IMG/VR virus record: IMGVR_UViG_3300033145_000192
Location: 1-64,000 of that record
Source: a virus
Length of the DNA stretch: 64,000 bases
Strand: one strand, 5' to 3'
The notes beneath the pieces are model-generated. The model saw nothing but the letters and a program-made list of their open reading frames with translations, made no database searches and was not told the DNA's origin. Made by a program: the position numbers and the translations under genes. Positions within the stretch are counted from its first letter, which is position 1. The number at the start of each line of letters is the position of its first letter. Of this stretch, positions 29,328 to 37,915 are shown in pieces.

Positions 29328-29414
29328 TGCGGAGAAGCGAGTGCAAGTCTCGTATTTGTCACATAACTACATCGCGAGTAGGTGGCAGATTGGTGCATAT
29401 AGTAGCACGCCGTA
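29328..29414 (+). ncRNA. Circularly permuted tRNA-like RNA (3' half precedes 5' half; open at anticodon loop)
   Basis: TGCGG/CCGTA anticodon stem; T arm GCGAG-TGCAAGT-CTCGT; acceptor ATTTGTC/GGCAGAT closed by linker; D arm GTGC/GCAC. Confidence 0.7.
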
Positions 29415-29450
29415 ACAAATTCATGATAGACACTTGACATTTCAGAACTT

Positions 29451-29524
29451 GGCCCTATCGTCTAGTTAGGTTAGGACAGCAGACTCTCAATCTGCAAACG
29501 GGGGTTCGAATCCCCCTAGGGTCA
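29451..29524 (+). tRNA. tRNA-Glu (CTC)
   Basis: Cloverleaf. Confidence 0.88.
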
Positions 29525-29546
29525 TTAAGTCAAGTGGAGGTAATGG

Positions 29547-30599
29547 ATGGCTACTATTCTCATCATTGGAACTGGAACGATTGGAGAACCTCTTATCGGA
29601 CTCTTTTGCACACATGCGAAAGACTTCGGTATAGATGAAATCCTCTTTCATAAAAGAACGCCGCTCAAAACGGATAGGTCAAAGGTCTTATCCCTTCAAA
29701 AAAGAGGAGCGTTGCTTTGTGTTGATAAGAGCACACGGACTTCCTTTCGTGCTCTTGGGATTGAACCGAAATACACACTCACAGAGGCAATGAATAAGGC
29801 AGATGTAGTTATCGACTGCACTCCATGTGGAAACAAAAATAAGGAGGCGTGGTATAGACATCAAGACTGGACCAAGGGATTTATTGCACAAGGCTCCGAA
29901 AAGGGCTTTGGCAAACCCTATGCTTTTGGAATAAACGATTCGGCGCTCATGCCAGAGATGGACAGGTATATTCAAGTCGTATCGTGCAACACGCATAACC
30001 TAGCAGCGATTATCCAAGTGTTGGCAGCAACTTCTACTGGATACAATGGGATACGAGAAGCGAACTTCCTATGTATCCGTCGTGCTAATGACATATCTCA
30101 AGTCAAGGGCTTTATGCCCAGTCCCACTGTCGGTGGACACAATGATAAGAAGTTTGGAACTCATCACGCTGCCGATGCACACAGACTGCTGTCTACTAAT
30201 GGACATGACGTAAAGATGTTCTCATCTGCACTGAAACTAAACACGCAATACATGCACACAATCTATTTCAACATTGAAATGAAAGACGCATTGGACCTGG
30301 AGTCCATACAAGACCAAATAGATTTGAGCCCTAGAATAGCTTGGACACACAAGAAGTCTGCAAACGAAGTGTTTTCTTTTGGTCGTGACCACGGACATTA
30401 CGGGCGTATACTGAACCAAACAGTATTCTGCCTACCATCACTAAGTGTTGTTGGCAACAAGGTCGTAGGATTTTGTTTCACTCCCCAGGATGGTAACTCA
30501 TTGGTATCGTCCGTAGCTAGTGCGCTGTGGCTACTAGACCCAGATGGCTATAAGAGTAAGCTGAGTGTTCTATACAACTACTTTTTCAACGAAATCTAA
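29547..30599 (+). CDS. Type II (archaeal-like) GAPDH-family dehydrogenase
   Basis: Rossmann IIGTGTIG, DVVIDCTP, AQGSEK, catalytic VVSCNTH, IRRANDISQ. Confidence 0.75.
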   Translation: MATILIIGTGTIGEPLIGLFCTHAKDFGIDEILFHKRTPLKTDRSKVLSLQKRGALLCVDKSTRTSFRALGIEPKYTLTEAMNKADVVIDCTPCGNKNKEAWYRHQDWTKGFIAQGSEKGFGKPYAFGINDSALMPEMDRYIQVVSCNTHNLAAIIQVLAATSTGYNGIREANFLCIRRANDISQVKGFMPSPTVGGHNDKKFGTHHAADAHRLLSTNGHDVKMFSSALKLNTQYMHTIYFNIEMKDALDLESIQDQIDLSPRIAWTHKKSANEVFSFGRDHGHYGRILNQTVFCLPSLSVVGNKVVGFCFTPQDGNSLVSSVASALWLLDPDGYKSKLSVLYNYFFNEI

Positions 30600-30610
30600 C
30601 AGGAATAAAA

Positions 30611-30874
30611 ATGCGAAACTACAAAGACGTATTGGGCGTGCTTGGTAAAAGACATACAGAGGTTTGGTATTCTGTGTGTAGCGGAGGCGATGGAGCACAA
30701 CAGTTAGTTTGGTTTCTGACTGAGGATGAGGCGAAGAAGGGTATGTTCGATGAAGACGATGACATGTGGGTATCATGTGTCGGTCGCACAGAGACATATT
30801 GTGGCTCCAACGTCCATAAGGAAGCCATCGAAAACAGTGAGTCAATTAGAACCACCAACGCACAGTTGGTATAA
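30611..30874 (+). CDS. Hypothetical protein
   Basis: ORF with AGGA RBS. Confidence 0.55.
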   Translation: MRNYKDVLGVLGKRHTEVWYSVCSGGDGAQQLVWFLTEDEAKKGMFDEDDDMWVSCVGRTETYCGSNVHKEAIENSESIRTTNAQLV

Positions 30875-30899
30875 CCATCTTTTTCAAAGGAGTATTGTC

Positions 30900-31176
30900 A
30901 TGACGAGGAGCAGCTTTTAGCAACAAAGAGCTTAGGTCCAAGGAAATTCGTTTCAAGCCATCAACGGCAGAGAATGACCTGAAGACTAAGCGCAAACAAG
31001 TAAAGAAGTTTCTAGCAAAGGGCCACAAGGTCAAAATCACAGTCGTCTTTAGGCGCTGGCAGAAGAAAACAATGCTAGAGATTGCCAAAGAGAAGATGGA
31101 GCAGTTTGCCGCTCTAGGGCGCGTTACTACGCCAGCCAGATGGCAGGGCAACAAACTGACACTAACCATGAATTAA
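30900..31176 (+). CDS. infC: Translation initiation factor IF3 C-terminal domain; ATG frame joined to the main frame by a +1 shift at TTT-TAG-C (or a 1-nt sequence error)
   Basis: KEIRFKPSTAENDLKTKRKQVKKFLAKGHKVKITVVFR matches IF3-C; missing from the ORF track; ATG 30900 has RBS AAAGGAG but stops at TAG 30918-20. Confidence 0.8.
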
Positions 31177-31187
31177 CACATGGTTAA

Positions 31188-31274
31188 GGACGCGGGTCCG
31201 GTTGGTCGAGGAGCATGTCCGGAAAACATGTATAGCGCGGAAGCGTTACAAGGGTTCGAATCCCTTCCCGTCCG
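31188..31274 (+). tRNA. tRNA-Ser (GGA)
   Basis: Class II cloverleaf, G73. Confidence 0.85.
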
Positions 31275-31288
31275 TAATAGGAGGCAGC

Positions 31289-32425
31289 ATGAAAGTAGTA
31301 ATACTTGGCGCAGCAGGAATGCAAGCAAGAGCGATTTATCAGGACCTTCTAGTGCAGGATGACGTTGAGGCAATACATCTCGTTGATTTGTCGTTTCCAC
31401 AACTTACTGCACTATCGAATGAGTTTCCGCACAACGGGAAAATCGTTCAAGTTCATGCAGCAGACCTCAGAAATGTAAGTTCAGTGGCCACAATAATGGG
31501 GTGGTGTGACGTAGCGATTAGCTGTGCGCCATACGACTTCAACTATGCTCTAGCAGTTCAGGCAATCGACAGCAAATGCTCGTTCGTTGACCTGGGTGGC
31601 AACAATGACATAGTTAGGTTGCAACTGGAGTTGAGCCACAAAGCAAGTGAAGCAGGAGTCCTAATCGTTCCTGACTGTGGACTAGCGCCAGGGGTGCCGT
31701 CAATTCTCACGGCGCAAGTTGTGAGAGACTTTGATACCGTTGACACGGTAGAGATTCTGTGCGGCGGATTGCCACAGCCCAAGTATCGTGATGGTTACCT
31801 GGACTACTCGTTGGTCTTTAGCGTGCAAGGATTGATTAACGAGTATACCGAAGACGCAATGACAATCGTTGATGGAAAGAAGGTGCAAATACCTTCACTT
31901 CTAGGAGATGTTGAGCCATTCGGGCACGACAACCTAGAGCTAGAAGCGGCTGTTACATCTGGCGGGATTTCTACATTGCCAGATACATTTGAGAGCGAAA
32001 TAAAGAACTTGGGCTACAAGACGCTCAGGTATCCTGGGCACTGGAATACTTTCAAGTTGCTTAAACAGCTTGGTGTGTTCTCTGTAAGCTCTCTCAGGCC
32101 GATATTTGAGAGACAACTCAAGGCGATACTAGATAAGAAACTGCCGGATATGGTTGTGTTTGCGCTAAGAGCAGACGGTCATACCGATGGAAAATTCTGC
32201 TACAGAGACTTCTACTTTAGGTTTGACCAGCCAAACGATGACACTACGGCAATGGCCGCAGCAACAGGCTGGTCGGCTTCGATTGTGGCCTTGATGATTG
32301 GACGCGGACAGACTATAATTGAGTGTGGAGCGATTCCACAAGAGATTTGTGTGGACCCAGAGCTTTTTATTGAAGAGTATGCTGCAAGGGGAATCAACAT
32401 AGAGGTAACAGACAATGACTCATAG
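31289..32425 (+). CDS. Saccharopine dehydrogenase-like oxidoreductase
   Basis: VILGAAGMQA, ISCAPYDFN, FVDLGG, PDCGLAPG, FS..GLINEY, YKTLRYPGH, MAAATG. Confidence 0.85.
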   Translation: MKVVILGAAGMQARAIYQDLLVQDDVEAIHLVDLSFPQLTALSNEFPHNGKIVQVHAADLRNVSSVATIMGWCDVAISCAPYDFNYALAVQAIDSKCSFVDLGGNNDIVRLQLELSHKASEAGVLIVPDCGLAPGVPSILTAQVVRDFDTVDTVEILCGGLPQPKYRDGYLDYSLVFSVQGLINEYTEDAMTIVDGKKVQIPSLLGDVEPFGHDNLELEAAVTSGGISTLPDTFESEIKNLGYKTLRYPGHWNTFKLLKQLGVFSVSSLRPIFERQLKAILDKKLPDMVVFALRADGHTDGKFCYRDFYFRFDQPNDDTTAMAAATGWSASIVALMIGRGQTIIECGAIPQEICVDPELFIEEYAARGINIEVTDNDS

Positions 32426-32696
32426 AGGCGAACCTAACCCTGAAGATTTGGACCTGACGTGGCCACAGCGAATTGTGAAGTCGATGATGACAGGCAGTCT
32501 GATGCTTGTCGGTGGCATTGTTCTGATTCTTCTATCGCCAATCTTTTCGATTAAAGCAGTGCTAACTGCAAAGAGAACTGATTGGGAAGCGACCAAGAAG
32601 TGGCTTGATGATGCAACAAAGAAGATAGAGGATATGGGCAACCCAGATTCCGATGCGGACTGGAAGAAAGACCACGATGACCAGTATGGCCCATAA
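32415..32696 (+). CDS. Small membrane protein
   Basis: One hydrophobic segment. Confidence 0.5.
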   Translation: MTHRGEPNPEDLDLTWPQRIVKSMMTGSLMLVGGIVLILLSPIFSIKAVLTAKRTDWEATKKWLDDATKKIEDMGNPDSDADWKKDHDDQYGP

Positions 32697-32845
32697 CTGT
32701 AGCTTTACCGTATACTTGAAAGAACCTGTCTATGTTGTGTTTGAGTGCTACATCTGTAAAGACGTAGAGATGTGCTACGAAGACATTACGATTGAGGATT
32801 CTGAAACAGCGTATGAACTATTCAAATCAAGGCACGAACACTAAC

Positions 32846-32934
32846 GGAAGGTATCCGGCTGGATGAGGAACTGGTTTTGAAAACCAGCAAAGCGGCGTCA
32901 AACCGTTTTATGGGTTCGAGTCCCATACCTTCCT
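32846..32934 (+). tRNA. tRNA-Ser (TGA)
   Basis: Class II cloverleaf, CTGGT-TT TGA AA-ACCAG. Confidence 0.85.
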
Positions 32935-32944
32935 TCGATAACCC

Positions 32945-33081
32945 GTGTGAGCTAAGGTCCATCGTAAGATGGGGCGAGGTGTTCATTTGATGCCTGCTCC
33001 TGGCCAACCGTAAGTGCAAGATACGGCCAAGCCATGAAACAGGAGGGACATCGGGGAAGCAAAAGGTCAAACGGCTTACAC
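32945..33081 (+). ncRNA. Unclassified multi-stem structured RNA between tRNA-Ser and tRNA-Ala
   Basis: Closing stem GTGTGAGCT/GGCTTACAC; CCATC-GTAA-GATGG; CTCCTG/CAGGAG; CCGTA-AGTGCAAGA-TACGG. Confidence 0.5.
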
Positions 33082-33086
33082 ATTTC

Positions 33087-33158
33087 GGGGGCTTAGTGAT
33101 AATGGGAGCACACTGCGCTTGCAACGCGGAAGTAGGGGTTCGATTCCCCTAGCCTCCA
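33087..33158 (+). tRNA. tRNA-Ala (TGC)
   Basis: Cloverleaf, G3:U70. Confidence 0.9.
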
Positions 33159-33217
33159 ATGAGATGTCATCAATACTAGTTGGAAACATCTCTGATAATT
33201 AGTTCATGGCTAGTTAT

Positions 33218-33284
33218 CGCTCGTTAGTTTAATAGAAAAACGCCAGGAACACTGGAGACCGTGGTGCAATTCCATGACGGGCCA
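33218..33284 (+). pseudogene. tRNA-like element with shrunken anticodon arm
   Basis: D arm GTTT/AAAC; stem CCAG/CTGG with 5-nt loop GAACA; T loop TGCAATT. Confidence 0.55.
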
Positions 33285-33553
33285 TTAGATAAGGAGCTAT
33301 AGTGATTTACTTTGCAATCAAAGACGAAGACACTGGAAAGTATTTCAGATGGGGCGGATGGAGTAACATCTGGCGTGACCAGGCATACTCTAGTGACATA
33401 GACGAAGCACATCTCTATGCTACTGAGTGTGGTGCTCGCACACAGATTACCACCGCAAAAAACAAGGCTAAGAATCGGTCATGGATAGTGAATATCCCGA
33501 CCAACTTGAAAGTAGTGCCCATTGGGCAATACAGGATTGAAAATCCAAAATAG

Positions 33554-33625
33554 GCCCCCTTCGTTCAACGGACAGGACTACTGGCTTCTAACCAGTGAAT
33601 GAGGGTTCGATTCCTTCAGGGGGTA
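33554..33625 (+). tRNA. tRNA-Arg (TCT)
   Basis: Cloverleaf. Confidence 0.88.
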
Positions 33626-33642
33626 TTAAAGGAGTAAGGCGC

Positions 33643-33864
33643 ATGACTGCAAAAAAAAGAGATAGCACTGTTGAACTCACTGCGACATTTGAAGCATGGC
33701 AAATAGCAGAGGCACTAAAGGCATACTACAAGTTGCCCGAGGATGCAACTGTTGATTTCAGACTCAAGGACCAGCACGACAACGACCCTAGAGGTGGTAG
33801 TAGCTGGAAGGTGTTTGGAAATGCTGTGGTCAAGTTCAAGAAGAAACTGGGGGAAGTATTGTGA
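33643..33864 (+). CDS. Hypothetical protein
   Basis: ORF with AGGAG RBS. Confidence 0.55.
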   Translation: MTAKKRDSTVELTATFEAWQIAEALKAYYKLPEDATVDFRLKDQHDNDPRGGSSWKVFGNAVVKFKKKLGEVL

Positions 33865-33929
33865 GTCTTGCTTCGGTGTTGGGGTTCATTATCCTAACAC
33901 TAATTGCAATATGGATTCTCAAAGTTATT

Positions 33930-34000
33930 GCCGAGTTCGTATAACGGAATTATGACTGTTTCGTAATCAGTAAACAGGGGTTCGACTCCCCTACTCGGCT
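33930..34000 (+). tRNA. tRNA-Thr (CGT)
   Basis: Cloverleaf, loop TT-CGT-AA, U73. Confidence 0.8.
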
Positions 34001-34066
34001 TCCAATCCATGGGCGGGTTTAGACATTCCACACAAAGATGTCCGAATAGGGTGACGAGGCCCTTAT

Positions 34067-34140
34067 GGTGGCGTAGCTCAATTTGGTAGAGTAGCGGCCT
34101 GTCGAGCCGAAGGTTGCGGGTTCGAGTCCCGTCGTCACCG
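34067..34140 (+). tRNA. tRNA-Asp (GTC)
   Basis: Cloverleaf, G73. Confidence 0.9.
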
Positions 34141-34143
34141 TTT

Positions 34144-34218
34144 GGAGATGTAGAGAGGCAGCGGATGCCCTTCACCCTGTCACGGTGAGTTGCGCGGGTT
34201 CGAGTCCCGTCATCTCCG
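34144..34218 (+). tRNA. tRNA-Asp (GTC), atypical D arm
   Basis: TCACC-CT GTC AC-GGTGA, G73. Confidence 0.78.
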
Positions 34219-34492
34219 TATGAAGGTCTATTTGGGATTGGTAAGGATACCCTTGGTTCCCAATAACGAGGTATCACCTTCAGATTCTAAAGCGAGGTTG
34301 AAATGAAACTATTAGCACTTTATGCGATATACAAGATTGCTTCTCGCACACATCCCAGGATTTATGTAAGAAGCACTCAGTATAACGAAGACCATGTTCC
34401 GTGGGCAAGACTTTGCGTGGATATGGCACCTTTCGCTGAAGACTTTGAAATAATACACGGTCCACCGGTATTCAAGGACCGTTCATAACATT

Positions 34493-34563
34493 GCCCCTCT
34501 AGTATAGTGGCATTATGCTGGTTTTGTAATCCAAGGACGTGGGTTCGATTCCCACGGGGGGCT
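34493..34563 (+). tRNA. tRNA-Thr (TGT)
   Basis: Cloverleaf with imperfect anticodon stem, U73. Confidence 0.8.
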
Positions 34564-34658
34564 TTGATGGAATCATTGCTGTGGTTTGTAGCTGTCGTTG
34601 TTTGGGTTGGCGGAACACTCAGTTGGTTCGAATGGAAATACAACAAAGGGCGTGAACA

Positions 34659-35012
34659 ATGCACGACTTTGAAATCTTCTACGACGCAGACTGTCCAGTC
34701 TGTAGACGAATCGCGGAGTGGGTAGAAAGAGTCGATACCAGAGGAGCGATTTGCCTCTCCGATATCAACGAAGAGGGCTACATGCTAGAACTTCTAGGTG
34801 TAGAGATGAGCGAGGCTTACAGAGTAGTTCATGCGTTGCGGCAAACTACCACGATAAACTACGTCGTCACTAAGGGTCCGAATGTGGCGAGGATTACCTT
34901 CGACATACTCGGATACCGAAGACTACATCGGTTCATCAGTATGCCGGTAGTCCGACACATATTTGACGCAGGGTTTAACTTTGTAAGCAGATACAGACGA
35001 TTTGGATGGTGA
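34659..35012 (+). CDS. DCC1-like thiol-disulfide oxidoreductase
   Basis: IFYDADCPVC motif. Confidence 0.75.
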   Translation: MHDFEIFYDADCPVCRRIAEWVERVDTRGAICLSDINEEGYMLELLGVEMSEAYRVVHALRQTTTINYVVTKGPNVARITFDILGYRRLHRFISMPVVRHIFDAGFNFVSRYRRFGW

Positions 35013-35090
35013 AACGGACAGGGTGCCGTAGCGGTCTGCTAAACCGACTGGCCATATAAAGTGGTCGTGGTTCGAGTCCACCTCCATCCG
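35004..35090 (+). tRNA. tRNA-Ser (GCT)
   Basis: Class II cloverleaf, G73. Confidence 0.82.
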
Positions 35091-35327
35091 TGAAAGGAAT
35101 CCGCAAAATGGACGCAAAGAAGATTGAGAATGCTGGTAACTATCTCGCACTATACGAAGAGTATACGGAAATCACTGAGGCAATTGCCGTAATGCTTGAT
35201 AAGCAAACTGATATCCACCAAAGACTCTGTGGTGCATCGAAAGAGTTTCTTGAACTAAACGATGAGGAACTTACCAGACTTCTTTTCTACTTTGATTCTA
35301 TTGCGCAGGACGCAAGGAGAGTGCTAG

Positions 35328-35534
35328 ATGGCAACACTTAACGTAACACATGACGGGCAATCTCAGGACATTTGTGAGCTTGACTATGCTACCTCCGATG
35401 AGGACGTAAGGAGAATAGCAGTTGAGGCACTCAGCTTGAGACCAAACATTTTCATCAACTTCGTCGTTGACAGGTTCAGCGTCGAACAAGGAGAGCGCAT
35501 CTATCTACGTCCAAAGGTTCCGTTCGGCTGCTAG
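35328..35534 (+). CDS. Putative ubiquitin-like (beta-grasp) small protein
   Basis: LNVTHDGQS..., NFVVDRF, IYLRPKVPFG-C C-terminus. Confidence 0.5.
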   Translation: MATLNVTHDGQSQDICELDYATSDEDVRRIAVEALSLRPNIFINFVVDRFSVEQGERIYLRPKVPFGC

Positions 35535-35551
35535 CAGCGGCGGGACCACTC

Positions 35552-35623
35552 GGGGCTATAGTGTAATGGATAACACGAGACGCTACGAACGTTTTAATCT
35601 AGGTTCGAATCCTAGTAGTCCTA
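35552..35623 (+). tRNA. tRNA-Arg (ACG)
   Basis: Cloverleaf. Confidence 0.88.
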
Positions 35624-35652
35624 TCAAGTATCTGGCCGACTAGTGCTCACAC

Positions 35653-35723
35653 GCAAACCACTCTTAATGGATAAGAATTTGGCTTAAAACCAAGCATAGC
35701 GGGTTCGATTCCCGCACCTTTAT
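35653..35723 (+). pseudogene. Degenerate tRNA-Leu (TAA) lacking acceptor pairing
   Basis: D, anticodon and T arms intact; 5' and 3' strands do not pair. Confidence 0.55.
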
Positions 35724-35749
35724 AGCATTATTCACTCGGATACTTACTT

Positions 35750-35821
35750 GGCCCTATCCTCCAACGGTTAGGAGACGAGGTTTTCACCCTCGCAATCGGG
35801 GTTCGATTCCCCGTAGGGTCA
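35750..35821 (+). tRNA. tRNA-Glu (TTC)
   Basis: Cloverleaf. Confidence 0.88.
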
Positions 35822-35914
35822 TTACGCCTCCTGGTGTGCCAGGAACAAAGAGTATGCACACTGCTTACAATTTGCATTGACATCATCAAACATGGACTTG
35901 CAGGCGTAAAACTT

Positions 35915-35985
35915 GGGGCTATCGTTCAACGGTAGGACATTACTCTGATAAGGTAAAGATGAAAGTTCGATTCTTTCTAGCCCTA
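35915..35985 (+). tRNA. tRNA-Ile (GAT)
   Basis: Cloverleaf. Confidence 0.88.
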
Positions 35986-36213
35986 TATTAAGGAGGCTTC
36001 AATGCCAGATGCAGAACAGCAGAATCTTATCGTTGAGTTAAGATTGAAGCTGGCAACACCAAGAATATCAGCGGTATCGTTGGCCAACGGGATACGAAAA
36101 ATTATCCTGGCAAAGTGGCCAGAATGCCAAGTAGAACTCAAGGGAATTGCCATCAACTGGATAGCTGATGCAGATATTCAAGATGATAGTGATGAAGAAT
36201 GTGATTGTGACCA

Positions 36214-36287
36214 CGGGGAGTAGCGCAGCCTGGTAGCGCACCTGGTTTGGGACCAGGGGGTCGCAGGTTCAAATCCTGTCTCCCCGA
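36214..36287 (+). tRNA. tRNA-Pro (TGG)
   Basis: Canonical cloverleaf. Confidence 0.92.
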
Positions 36288-36609
36288 TAGAAGGGTGGCG
36301 AATATGTTGAGTAATAGCGAACTGTTTTGGAAACACGTAGAATGCTGTAAGGTATGCAACCAGCACCCACAAAGCGTTGCAAGTTTCTTCTATGAGCCGA
36401 TGTGCAACATCGGGAAGGCGTATCACAAAGCAACAGAATTGCCAAATCAAGATGATAAAGATTCACAAAAAGACTTGGCGCAAGCAACAGTCGAAGTTGG
36501 ATAAGCTAAAGCGCATAGAGCGCCTAGTAGATAGGCACCTTTACAAAGGTGTTCCACTTAAAGACGCTATGCGTGAGATTGTGAATATCTTGTATGAACC
36601 GGACAAGTC

Positions 36610-37068
36610 CTAGTAGGTGTGATATCCAAGTGAGATGGTAAGCGTTCCGCCACCAACGGAGTCTGCAACCTTGGCTTGAACCTGTGTGCCACTAGCCATG
36701 AGCGGAGTTATGACTGGGATAGAGGCCAATACTTGTGCTGGTGGACCAGCTTCTTGCTGTGTTCTTAGTCTTGCAATTTCAACAGTTTCGGCATATAGGA
36801 CCAATTCATAGATACCATCTGCGGTAACACCTTCGACATTGACATAGTGAATATCAAAGATGTCACCCACTACGCCTGCCGGAATAATCTCTGTATAAAC
36901 TCCAAGAGTCCAAGCACTACCATTGGAAACAACTCCAGAGCCCGCACTCAAGGTAGGACATACCTTTGCGACACCATGAATGTGGTCGCTGATAATTTCT
37001 AGTTCTTCAGCATTTTCGGCTATGATGCTGTTAGCTTGGCCAGCTAGGGGATTTAGAGATGTAGACAT
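36610..37068 (-). CDS. Hypothetical beta-rich protein (possible virion component), isolated on - strand
   Basis: 152-aa ORF, Gly/Val/Thr-rich, no competing long + strand ORF. Confidence 0.6.
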   Translation of the reverse strand: MSTSLNPLAGQANSIIAENAEELEIISDHIHGVAKVCPTLSAGSGVVSNGSAWTLGVYTEIIPAGVVGDIFDIHYVNVEGVTADGIYELVLYAETVEIARLRTQQEAGPPAQVLASIPVITPLMASGTQVQAKVADSVGGGTLTISLGYHTY

Positions 37069-37134
37069 GATTCAAACTCCTGTTTCAGATGGTCTGTTAC
37101 AGGTATTTATACACCGAACGCAGAAAGGAAAAAA

Positions 37135-37650
37135 ATGTCGAGCAATACATGGTTTACGTCTGATACTCACTTCGGACACGCGAACATTGTTCGCTATTGC
37201 AATCGACCTTTTGCAAATGTTCGAGAAATGGACGAGGCACTCATTTCCAATTGGAATGAATGCGTTAAACCAAAAGACACGATATATCACCTAGGAGACT
37301 TTGCTTTTCGTGGAGACCCATCGCCTATATTCAGGCGACTCAACGGAGAGAAGTTTCTACTACTAGGAAACCATGATGTTCGTAAAGTAGTCAACAAGCT
37401 ATTTGGCTGGGTAAAGAGCACATACAAATTGCGCTACAATAACCAGCGGATTTGGCTTAGTCACTACGCCCATCTAAGGTGGCCGAATAGCCACCACGGT
37501 TCGTTCCACCTATACGGTCATTCACACGGCCAGCTAGAGGGAATGGGACGTAGCATGGATGTGGGAGTCGATGTCTGGAATTACAGACCAGTGCATATCG
37601 ACGTTGTTCTCGGAACTTTGAAGGGTCTAGACGCAACAGAGCATCATTAA
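37135..37650 (+). CDS. Calcineurin-like metallophosphoesterase
   Basis: FTSDTHFGH, YHLGDF, LGNHD, LSHY, LYGHSH. Confidence 0.9.
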   Translation: MSSNTWFTSDTHFGHANIVRYCNRPFANVREMDEALISNWNECVKPKDTIYHLGDFAFRGDPSPIFRRLNGEKFLLLGNHDVRKVVNKLFGWVKSTYKLRYNNQRIWLSHYAHLRWPNSHHGSFHLYGHSHGQLEGMGRSMDVGVDVWNYRPVHIDVVLGTLKGLDATEHH

Positions 37651-37665
37651 GGGTGCTCAAACCAT

Positions 37666-37736
37666 GGGTCTGTAGTGTTGGGGAACACCTCTGGCTTTTA
37701 ACCAGATACAAGCAGGTTCGACTCCTGTCAGGCCCA
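37666..37736 (+). tRNA. tRNA-Lys (TTT)
   Basis: Cloverleaf with short D loop. Confidence 0.83.
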
Positions 37737-37764
37737 TTGACTTCCCGAGAAGTCGCCCTATAAT
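37737..37764 (+). promoter_or_regulatory. Sigma70-like promoter
   Basis: TTGACT-N16-TATAAT. Confidence 0.7.
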
Positions 37765-37769
37765 TTACA

Positions 37770-37814
37770 CAACAGCCTTGTTGCGCAACAACTTTGTTGT
37801 CAACAGATTTGTTG
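37770..37814. repeat. Three tandem palindromes CAACA-N4-TGTTG
   Basis: 37770-83, 37786-99, 37801-14. Confidence 0.85.
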
Positions 37815-37819
37815 AATAG

Positions 37820-37892
37820 GGGTCCGTAGCAAAATTGGATTGCCCCCGGCTCTTAACCGGAACAAAAGCGGGTTCGAATCCCGCCGGGCCCA
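37820..37892 (+). tRNA. tRNA-Lys (CTT)
   Basis: Cloverleaf. Confidence 0.85.
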
Positions 37893-37915
37893 TAACCTGT
37901 AACTAAGGAGATGTC

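Noticed and set aside
34221-34282. SRP-like hairpin
   Set aside because: A bulged hairpin is present, but the SRP helix-8 motif (CAGG...GGAA...AGCAG) is absent
37770-37814. CRISPR array
   Set aside because: Repeats are 14 bp with 1-2 nt gaps and no spacers; no cas genes or arrays were seen in the window
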